From Trichoplax adhaerens (taxonomy: Eukaryota; Animalia; Placozoa), in contig NW_002060961.1 of assembly GCF_000150275.1 (NCBI RefSeq), positions 372,001 to 436,000 on the forward strand: a stretch of DNA of 64,000 nucleotides. Reading direction: 5' to 3'. Position numbers and translations under genes: made by a program. Within the stretch, counting starts at the first letter, position 1; each line of letters starts with the position of its first letter. The notes under the pieces are model-generated. The model was given only the letters and a program-made list of their open reading frames with translations, made no database searches and was not told where the DNA came from. This document shows, piece after piece, positions 50,201 through 61,621 of this stretch.

Positions 50201-53200
50201 GTAGCCACAGCGAATATTTGCAAATTTTTCAACTTTTCCGGTAAGTTATTTCGTTACGAGAGAAGTAGAGTATATTAATGATTCTATAGCATACACGGGA
50301 TCATAGTTCCACATGAGTAGATTGATTAAAATGCGCATCGGTAGCTGTCGATCAATAATTTATAAATTTATTTGCTAAGTCGATACCACAAATATTGCAC
50401 CAAGTGGATATCTAACGTAAGCCTAGATAAAAGTAATATCATTTTATTATAACAGAGATTTTATTATCGCATTTACAAGAGTGTTATTTGATAATTTTAT
50501 AGTATTAATAGGCATTTATAAGTGATATTTACACTTGTGATTCAAATTGAAAATAACATAGCTTTCAAGTTTATGAGTTATTAAACTCTAAAGTATGCAA
50601 CGTACTTAAAATCTTGATTAGATTAATATTGTTTTCCTACTTAAGCGTAGAAGCGCCATTAATGTCTCTGCTGTTAATGCTTGTATATATAATAGGTATC
50701 AAGCAATAGCTGCTAATCCTCTTGCAGGGTTTCAACGAACTATTTCATTTACTGTTAATGATGGTCGGCAGGAATCCTTACCTTCATTTACGTATATCCG
50801 ACTAATTCATTACGATAAACTAAGGCCTACCATAACGTTGACTAAAGCTCGATGGACGTATACACAGAATGACCAACCTTTACCTATTGCAGAAGGTATT
50901 ATTATCGCTGATCTTGACCAGCCCGAATTTCTACTGGAGGAAGCTGTTGTTGAATTGGTTCATCCTCTATCACATTGTAGCCATCCTCTCGCTATTGAAT
51001 ATGGTTGCCGGAAGCAATTTGATAATCAAATTGGACGACATTGCGATGGCTTAAGCGTTAACGCTCAAATTGGATTATGCATTCTTAGTTGTGGTCAGTA
51101 TTTATCTATAAATTCAACTCACGTAAAAAATTTACCTTCGTCTTCATCTTCTATAAAAATTATCAACGAAACACCAACTCGACTACTTATCAAGGGAAAC
51201 GGAACATCTATAGAATATCAACAAATATTATCAACACTAACGTTTACCGACTATTCTAGTGAATTGAAAACATCAAGTAGAAAGATTCAGATCTCTCTTC
51301 GTGATACAGTTGCGTTTAATACACCGACTAGCATCACTGTTGATGTTGTTAATAATGATAATCATCGGCCCTATGTACGTTGTAATCGCCGTACATTTTC
51401 TTTACTGCCAACTGCATCACGAGCCCTTGCAGTTGGTCAACTTGGGCCTATGGCTATTATTAATCCATCTCAACAGTTAATATCAGAAATTACCATTACT
51501 TTAACCAATATAGCAGGCCTTGATCAAGAGGATATTTCTATTATAACGCCTGGCAATGTGAATGTAACCCATTCAAGGAGAATAGTTTATAACATCACAG
51601 GCCAAACTACAACGTATGATCAAATTATTAAAACTTTAACCTATACGAATGATCAAGCGAATTTGCAGGCTGGTTGTCGTATAATTACTGCAACTTTAGC
51701 GGATCAACTTGGGAACACTGGTATTCCTCTTGATATTTTTATATCGATAATTCCTTATCCAACTAGTTTATTAGCGATTGCGTTCAATCATAGTACTGAT
51801 TTAAACTATTTTCCGTTTAAATTCAATCGCATGTATTTCGTATTGCAGACCGGACTACGTATAGTTAATACGGTAGCCAATGCATCGATTGAATCGATCC
51901 CTATTGCAGGAATTACGATCAAATTAAGTGGGTCATCGCTTACTAATCATGATTACATTCGTCTTGATCAAGGCTTAATTAGGCGATTTGGTTTAACATT
52001 ATCCGAATCAAGTAAGTGTAATAAAATTCTGTAAAATTGCTCTAGTTCTTGGATTCAATTAAAGTAAAATATCTTAGATATGCTATTGCTAAGTTAAGTG
52101 ATTCTATTGAGTACACAATTGCGGTGTACCATAGATTCGATAAGATCAGTTATAGGAATGAGATCTATAAATTTGATATAAGCTATCATTAACAACTAAA
52201 ATAGCTGCCTTACGATTTTATTATTCGCATTTTAATTTTTGAATATCGCACCGGAATCAGTTCTATAAATTTTATATAGGTTATCATTCAGAATTAAATT
52301 TCCGTCCTATGATTTTATTATTCGCATTCCAATTCTTGACTAGTGTACCGAAATCAGATCAGTATTATTAATGTTCACTTTCGATTTACAGGTGATACCT
52401 ATCACATAAATATTACTGGTATTGCAATAGCTAGGGACTATCAACTTGTCTTGCAATCACTTTATTATGTCAATAATGCTACTATCAATGTCCCACCGGA
52501 ATATCGTTATATCAATATGGCATTGCAGAATATTAACGGTAGCATCCAGGAAGCACAAGTGATCAATATCTTTGTCCATCCGATTCATTTCTATTTAACT
52601 TGCCCTGAATCAATAACCTTCATTATTCAAGTCACACCGCTACCATTTTATCCACTTCGACTCGTTCGCTTTCGTTCCGAATTAGGCGACCATGATATCT
52701 TAACGAATGCAACAGTCGAATTACAGGCTTATCCTAATACTGGCGGTAGATTAATTTATAACGGAAATGATTCCACTGGATTGGAGATTATGCAAGAGGG
52801 TTCATTTACCTACTACCGAGTAAGTTATAATTAGTTTCTCTATCCTAATTTAAGTAAAAGTAAAATAGAGTAGTGTATTATATAGATCTTGAAGTTTTCA
52901 ATTCGTTGGCGAGTAATGGATAATTTTATCGATTTCATAAAGTCTCTAATTATTTCATATAATATTTTCTTCAAGAATATTCTATCGCAGGTGATGTATA
53001 GCAATAATTGGCCTTTATCTTCTTTAACTGAGCAAAATTTAACCTTTACTTTATCAAAAAAATTCCAAACACATTCATGCACTATACCTATGAAAATTAC
53101 CCGACCTTACTCCCCCTACGTTGATTTAAATGGTCCTTCAAAAATTGGAAACCATTTTGCAATGACGACTAATTATCCTAATGCTAGCACATTATCAATT

Positions 53201-56200
53201 AAAATAGCCGCATCAGATGCAATTATTGATGATCAACCACAGCTCGATATCAATCAATTTGAAATTAAAATACAAATTACCAAGCCGCTGACCAACGGAA
53301 GGCTAGGAATAACCTTATGTTCAGGAAATATCACAGATGGTTGTCAAATTGGGTAAATTATAGAAATTGCTGTGATTCTTATTGCAATACATTCGCTCCA
53401 AGTCTAATAGTCTACAAATTGGTAGAGAATTCTTTTTTATACCTATTTAATTTTATGTTTTCCTTTCCTTGCTATTTCATAGCCACGTTGGTTATACTGT
53501 AGCAATCTTCTATAAATGGTGTTAATTATTCCTTTAAGATATTAATTTCCGTCAAGATACGTAGTTCTATCAGTCATTTTGGTATTCATCAATTAAAATG
53601 GATACTAAAAGTGCTGTATTAAATATCAATTCCGCCACGATAAATGACATTATTTCCAAGATTGTCTATTAGTTTTTTATTCCGTTAAAGTACCGAAGAG
53701 GATTATATCATAAATTTCATCCATCGTTTTTTATGATAATATAAAGTTGCTTTACATATCGATCTAATTACAATTAGTTACGTTACCTTGAAGATTATGG
53801 TTTTCATTTTTAGTACTGCTTAATAGCATATCAAGATTTTTTAACATTAATGGTGCGACCATTGAGAGCTTAACTGATCTTAAGTTAGAACTCCATTGTG
53901 AAAATAATCTATTTCTCTTTTTTTAGAGAATTTACCAATAATAGTCTATGGTGCCAATGTGGCACTACTTTTGAGGGTGCCTCCATTACAGTGGATTCAA
54001 GTTCTGATGGAAGGGTCTTATATTTACGTCAAAACGTATCAAAGCCCTTCAACAATGATACTTTTGCTTTACTTCTTCGTGATTATGTCGTTTTCATGAC
54101 CGGTCTAATGGCGCCTGCAAGTAACTTCACTACAGCGCAAATAACTTTCTCGATTGTCTATAACGGGAACACCAGTATACCAAGTACTGCAAGCATTACT
54201 TTCTTGACTGCTTCCTTAAATCCAACAGTTTGCCTAGATTCAATACAGGTACAGCTATCTTTTAAATACATTGCTAGCCTAAAAGCTGATATAATTGCAT
54301 CTGTAGTTGTAGTTTTCCATTGCAATAAAGCGTTAGTGGACGATCAATTGCCGTAGCTGCAGAGTATTTTAGAATACGGTATTATTCTGGAAGTGATTTT
54401 CATATGGCTGGAGCCTGGATGTATTATCTTTTCTTTTTATGATTTAAAATTTGTTCTTGGATGAGAAGCCAATCAGTGCATAATTTTTTTGATCGAAAAA
54501 TATTATTGTAACTGCTGCAAGGATTTCGATCTTACATACTTATATCCAACTTTAAACACTACAAAAGGAGGTTAACTTCCATAGTGTGTCTTCTTGTAGT
54601 CTCGAATTTTTCTTAGGCTGATAAATTAACATTGAAGTCTTTTACTTTCTGGATATTAGAATTGTAATTACAAGGTAGAAATTGGCGAGAAAACAACGTG
54701 TGTTAACGTTATTCCTCCTACAATTCAACTCCATTATAACTACTTGATATCCAATATCACGGCTTCATTGCAATACGTCGATCCTGATCAAATATTAGCG
54801 ATAAATAACACGGATGGATTTGTCATTCAACAAGTTAGTTTATAAGCCTTAAGGAGTATCAAAAAACTTCGTATTAGAAATATTATTTTCTACTGTTAAT
54901 TCTATAACGTGCTTTATCCAATTTTAATTCGCTTAAGACAGTTAAGTATTTGAGTAAAAACTGAGTTTCGTTTCGTAATCTCATTTCCGTAAAATTATTA
55001 TTTTTCTTCCAGCCTAGCAACAATACCTTAATCATCACTAGTAATGATGTGGCAACATCACCTGATCGCTTTCTGCTTCCACTACGAAATTTGCAATATT
55101 GTTATTTAAAGATAGGAAATATTATTGCCAATCAAGCCGATGTATCTAATAAGTAAGTTTAAGATAGGCCTCGAACCCAAATGAAATATTGGTTACTGTG
55201 ATTTCGTATGGTTTATCGTAATAGCGTCCTATCTTAGATTATTACGAGTTTATCATATACTACTAAAAGAGAATCTAGGATTTCCCTTAGTAATATGCAC
55301 TTATGTCTCTATAGATGTATAATTAATGGCTAGAATATTCTTTTACTTAATTTTGTGCAGTGCTTATGTTACATCCCTCAATTACATATGGAATTTCTCT
55401 AGTTTTTTTGCTTCCTGTGCGAAAAATTAGTCAAAATTTTAATATAGCTCTCGCAACAGTTCTTCATTTCATAAGGCTTACTTACATTGAAGCACGAAAG
55501 TAGAATAAATAGATTAGCGCCGTATCTTAGATTATTATCATGTACTACTAGAAGAAAATATAGGATTCCTCTAAGTAATCTGTAGTTATGCTTCTATGGA
55601 TGTATAATTGAGAATAGCTACTAGCTATTCTGCTATTCAATGTTATTCAATACTTATGTTATATTCCTCAATTGCACGAGGAATTTCTTCAGTTTATTGC
55701 TTTCTATGTAGAAATTGAGAAAAATAGTCAAAATTTTAGTATAGTTTTTGCAACGGTTCTCCATTTTATAACGGTTACATTAATGGATGGAAGTAGAATA
55801 AATAGAAAACATGAGCTAGGATATATATATATATATATATGTATATATAATATACTCGTATCACAGTAATTACGAGTAGAAGATTGTTTAGGCACGCAGA
55901 AATTATTTCTCATCTTCCATAGCTTAATATATGAAATGGTAAAGAAGCTTGATCCCCTAAATTAATGTTATGGATATCATTACCTTGATGGGCATTAACT
56001 AATTATTTTTTGGATCATAATGTTGCGGTAATTATAGCATTTAATACGATTTTATTTACTTGTAATTGCTACTAGATTTGTAGATATTACTGCGACGGGT
56101 AGCAATGGCATAACAAGTAACACTGTACAAAGTGAAATTACAGTTAAGTTATCATGCATTAGCCAGAATATTATCCAAATCGAAAATTATCAACAGCTGA

Positions 56201-58113
56201 AGAATGCCGGCCGCTGCCAAGAAGTACAAGAGTTAGATATTAATTGTCTAGGAAATCAGCAAAGCTGTGATATAGATTCTCTCAAGCCGTTAGAGAATAT
56301 TACCGTAAGTAGAGACTTATACTATCTCTATTTTATTATTTGTTTAATAAGGAGTGACAAAACGTGCTGAGGTATTCCAAGCCTGCTTCATTATAATAAT
56401 CTGCTGTTTATTGTACCGTATTACTCTATTTTATGCTGATTTGCAAATAGAAACTATTTTTTATAATTTAATGGCAGTTAAATTTCATGGCTTCACTAGG
56501 TTATTCGGGAAGTTTTACGTATTCGCGGTTTGCCAATCGTCGATTTAGCTGGCTTAGAAAATATATTGCAACTTGGTGGCATTGAAATTAATGACAATTC
56601 ACAATTAATTAGTCTTGTTGCTTTAGCAGCTAATGCGCCAAATAATACCTCCGTTTTCGTTAACGACATTGCTAGTAGAGCTATTATTCGCTATAATAAT
56701 CAATTAATCGATATTTCTATCCTACGTCGAGCTAAGGCTGTTTCAGGTATTGAAATTAATAACATTGTACCTATTATGATTAATATTTTCGTTATTAAGT
56801 ATGAAATACGTCACATATTGATTTTTGACCTTTTCTAGTGGATTTACAATAGAAAATTGTCTAGTATGAGTAGATAGATCTAAATGATAGCTAGAATTTG
56901 TAAATGTTGTAATGATATTTCGCAGGGAATCTACACCTGGAAGGAAACGAAAATCTATATAATATATCTGCTTTATCCGGAATTCAGGAAGTCGGAGGAA
57001 ATTTATACATTGGCAATTTATTCATTTCTAATTTAGACATTTTTCAGAATTTAAAATCAATTCGAGGGTCCTTGTATCTCTTTCAAAATCAAGTAGGTTA
57101 TTAATAAGTAACAGGATCAGACAAATATAATTTATCGTCATACTTTAATAGACGATAACTAGTTACAGTTTAGTGAGAAGTATCCAGTTAGCTTGAATTT
57201 TCAGTAACGGTATAATTTAGATTTTACTGACAACGTAGCTGTAGGCCATGATAAATTAAAATGTAGCTGATCTAATTGTATATGCTATAGCTGGAGTATT
57301 ATTTAATTTAAATTTATTCTTATGTAAGCATTATCAACCTTATTACACTAAACTGCAAGTCTTGATGTTACAAATACATCTGCAGAGTAGATAAATCTTA
57401 AAAGGAATCTAACTATAGAGTCAATTGAACTGTAAAATATCGACAAACTTAAAGCATGTTAAATTCAGCTAAGACAGCGTGGTATTATTCATGAAGTAAT
57501 AGCTTATGTTAAGGCTGTTTTGATAGGATATTATAGCTCTAAATATTTATCGGACATAACTAATTAGCATGTTTGAGGTTGTGTTTAATCGTCATGCTTT
57601 TTACCTGCCATTCTTTTGATTTTTGTCAGAATTTAGTCAACGTCAATGGCTTGAGAAATGTACGAAGTATAGGAGGCATCGTATTTGTTATGCTAAATAA
57701 TTTATTACAGAATCTAGATGGAATAGCCAATTTAACAACTATAGGTCAAAGGGTTTATATTCAGCTTAACAATAATCTGTGCTTTGTTGGGAAAGAATTA
57801 GTTGACGATCTTAATTTTTGGCAGGTAATATTAATTTCTTATAAAGAAAAACAATATTTAATTCTAACTTTCGTTAACTTAATTTTTTTCATCTTTCTCT
57901 CAATCTCATTCTTATGAACGTGTAATATTTTATGATGTGCTTAATACGGATCAGACAATACAACCCGCCGATGCTGCAAAATTAAATTTCGTTGCATATA
58001 ATGGAGATTGCCCTAGTTACAGGAATTGCACGAATTACGGGAATCCATGCGCTGTCTCTATCAGCTCGCTATGCCAAAACGCAAATCAAAGTTATTCCTG
58101 TAACAATAACTAA
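44252..58113 (+). CDS. Giant secreted calsyntenin-like protein (~2,750 aa, ~18 exons): signal peptide, 3 LamG/TSPN domains, tandem cadherin-like repeats, one canonical cadherin repeat, receptor L-domain LRRs, Cys-rich end
   Basis: Exon 1 44252-44324 MNLLMLFSYVIVNWMLTVTTARTQ; LamG motifs HDDWHNL, DDGKWHNL, DNERWHQL; cadherin NDNKPVF..ENSP..ATDID..FDYEQ..NINDN; L-domain repeats such as VNGLRNVRSIGGIVFVMLNNLLQNLDGIANLTTIG; stop at 58111-58113, AATAAA at ~58196. Internal exon edges are approximate. Confidence 0.85.
55230..55805. repeat. Intronic tandem duplication (~293-bp unit, 2 copies), followed by an (AT)n run at ~55821-55850
   Basis: TCTTAGATTATT...GATGTATAATT...CTTATGTTA...TAGTCAAAATTTTA...GTAGAATAAATAGA starting at ~55232 and ~55525. 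Confidence 0.8.
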
Positions 58114-58748
58114 CAGATTATTACATTGCATTTATAAAGTTGATGGTGATGCTTCATAATATTTCAAGCTGCTGACCTTATATTTCTTTGTTTTAAATAA
58201 ATCAATATTAGGCAAAAAGACTTAAAAAAGTAACCGTAAATATTTTAAGCTTACAGTACCAGAAACCTAACATTAGCTGATTGAAGTTACTGTAAAAGCT
58301 ATTGATAAGAGATAATGTAACATAATAACAAGTAAATGGAAAATATTTATATAAGAGTAATTTCATATTAATTAGCTAAAATTGTTTTTAAGTAACCTAC
58401 TTCATACTTCAGTGATTTTAATTCAAAGAGTAAAATGATTTCAGAAAATTCTTTCTTATTGTATAATGTACTAATCATGAACGAATATGGCATTACAATA
58501 TCATGTTCATGTAAATGATTGTAATAAGTTATGTTTATTAATAATTTTCATCATTATCTAAGTCATGTTACAGTTGCAAGTTTTGCAAAATATTGAGATA
58601 ATATACGCATACACGTACGTATATCAATAATTTAGGCTATTAAAATTGACTAATAATTAATACACATTAAAACTATTTTTTGGCTAAGCATTTCAATATT
58701 TAATTATTTAGATTTATACAATATTGACCGGCATATTTATAGCAAATA

Positions 58749-60880
58749 TTATTCATTATCTCCTCGATCTTCATTTGTAGTCTCGATAGGGGGGATATCT
58801 GCGTGTCCGCTAATGCGCGATGCTAGGCTACGCTTCTTTCTCGGCTGATATTAATACAAATAATAAATAAAATTAACACTCAATAAAAGCTCTTGAAGGT
58901 AATCCGGCTATAGAAGACTGACCTTCTTTGGCTTCTTTACACTATTATGGATTAATTCGATATGTCTCTTTAATGATGACTAATAAACAGATCATTAATG
59001 ATTAGTATGATACTACAGGCATAGTGGTATTTGTAGGTCACGATATTGCAAAATTCTTACGATATTATTATTTACTATATAATACCAAGGATAATTAGAG
59101 ACTTGCCTTGTAAGGAAATTGTTCTTCACATATTGTACATGAAAATAGTCGATGCTGTTGGTGATGGGATCGAATATGAGAAATCATATTATTTCGCTAG
59201 GTGGTTATCAAACACATGCAGTATATTAGTCAGGGATGGTGGTAGATTTCAATTTACGACATGACACAGTAATCGTAAGGACAATAATTTACCCGAGTAA
59301 ACTGACGATTACATATCGGACAAGGGAATAATATTCTTTCTGCATGATGTATTTTAAGATGTTCTTTCAACTGTTAATTAGATTATACACAAGATTATAT
59401 ATTATATCTGTGGTGAGACGGAATCGATATGTTGCATCACAGTGGATATCTACAAATACTGTTAAAAACTTCCTTACCAGTCTATTACTGGAAAGCAATT
59501 TGCCACACTCTTTGCATTTAAGTTCTAGTGATGAATAATTAAGGTAAAATATGTCAACATTTACTTTATTATTGCCATCGCCTTTACTATTTGTAAGGTG
59601 TACAGCACATAACACTCTGCATATACACGTACATCTTTAATTGTTTACGTTTTTGCTACTCACCTTTAGACTTATGGGTGCTAGCTATGTGTTTCCTTAG
59701 TAATAAATATGTCTCACATACTACAGAGCAGTCTTGGTATGTGCAAGGGTATCCTGGTAATGTCATGAAAATTAGTTATTCAGCAAAGATTTTATTCGTG
59801 TGTTTAGACCAAATGAGAAATTTAAGTTGCCATCGACTTTAAAAAAATATATATACATATATACGTGTATATATAAGCAGTATGAGAAAGTATCTGTCTA
59901 GATTACCTTGATGAACTTTTTCATGTCTAATTAATTTGCTTTTGGTTGAAAAAGTTTTGTTACAGTCTTTATGTTTACATGTGAAGCCGTTATGACGATT
60001 AAGCTGCTCGAGGTTTTCTTCGGTTTGAAATGACTATAATTTGATTGATTATATAATTACGTTATTGCTTACAAAAGTACAGTAGAGTATAGTACATAGG
60101 ATAGATTATTAAGTGATTGTAGCAACTTTGGTATACGCATACGTATGCAAGAAAGATTAAAAGTGAAAGACTGAGAGTATTACCTTGCAGTTACTTTTCT
60201 GATGACGTATAAGATTTGATCGGTACATAAAAACTTTACCACAGGAGCATACTGATGCTGGTCGTAACGTTTGATGTAGAATTGCATGGCGCTGTAAGTG
60301 ATATTGCCTAGTAAATGTCTTACCGCAGCCTTTAAATGTGCAGGAATATGGTCTCTGAATAGTAACAACATAAGAAAATTTACAGTTAATATTAATTCTA
60401 AGCAAATTACCATTTGTTGTTCTAAAATTCTGCATTAACCTATCGTCAAGTATTCTAGGTCAATACACTTTCCTAATGGAACCCATACAAGAATATACAT
60501 AGATAGAGATATTGAATATACACCTTCTTTACGCCACTCATGCACTTACTGTATAGTGAATTAGATATAATCAAAATGGCATCGATACGTTTGTTACAGA
60601 ATTTATAAGTTAGTTTTACTATAGTCAACTCTTCCCCATGTAGATTACAGTCTACACGTAGGTTATGAATGAATACGTTAAGATGATAATCGCAAGCAAC
60701 ATTTCAATATTGATATCTAACATTAACAAGCAGCATAGATAATTTACAGCCACAAATAAGAACTAGAATCATTACAACGGTTGATAGACTGACCTCGCCA
60801 CTATGGATAATTGAATGTTGAGTAAGATGAGCTAATTTTTGAAATGATTTTTGGCATCCATCATAGCTGCATGTATACAT
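58749..60880 (-). CDS. GTF3A: Transcription factor IIIA (5S rRNA gene/RNA-binding C2H2 zinc-finger protein), 9 exons
   Basis: Fingers YTCSYDGC..HSIIH, YSCTFKGC..HAILH, FTCKHKDC..KLIRHEKVHQG-YPCTYQDC, LKCKEC, FPCPIC..SHIRSHH, FSCTIC; diagnostic C-terminal PRKKRSLASRISG (vertebrate KRSLASRLTG, recalled). Start codon at 60880 is inferred. Confidence 0.88.
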
Positions 60881-61427
60881 GTTGATAAAAAAATAAATAA
60901 TAATGCTCGAATGGACTCCAGCTCGCTTGCTACCATCTTAATGAAGCGTTGTCATGGTCAAATCATCTGGAATAGGATGCTTCATGCAAGTTAACCAATA
61001 CTGTCGCTCTTGCTGTAAGATTTTTCCTATATCTAAAAATTTTTCGATCAATGCCGCAGCTCGGAGCATTAATTATCGGCTGATCTTGCAAAGCAGCTCC
61101 ACGAAGTGTCGGTAGGTTGTACTATAACCGTACTGTAGAGTACTGTAGTTACTATGGATTCCATGCCAGCGGATCTATTTCGTAGGGTGGTCAATAATTG
61201 AGGAGCCATAGACGACATTATTTTTGCTAATAATTTATAGTTGGTGCTGTAGTTTATCCTATACTATACTCAGTCAGTATATCATAGTAGTATACGGCAT
61301 CTCGCTACTGAAAATTGTGCGTAAAAATAATGTCACTACAGGTGTAAAACCGGTGTCCCTCCCCGAGGCGGATCAAATCAACGTCATCCTTATTGCGCAT
61401 GACTGCAGAAATGATCGTACGTTACTC

Positions 61428-61488
61428 GTATCCTAGTAACTGGATCGGGTGCACAAAGGCTAAATCGTTGATAGTGTTGCTACGCAAC
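61428..61488. promoter_or_regulatory. Two candidate RFX X-boxes upstream of SPATA4 in the GTF3A/SPATA4 divergent interval
   Basis: GTATCCTAGTAAC (61428-61440; reverse complement GTTACTAGGATAC) and GTTGCTACGCAAC (61476-61488), ~130-190 bp before the ATG of a ciliary gene. Confidence 0.55.
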
Positions 61489-61621
61489 TTAGTTCTGCTA
61501 GAAGCAGAGAGAGATTTGACTATTTTATTTACAGTAGGACTGTTCGTCAAGATTACTGTGGTAGAGTTATAAAACTCAAAAAGTTACTGTAAGTTATCAT
61601 CAAAAGGACTGAAACGATATC

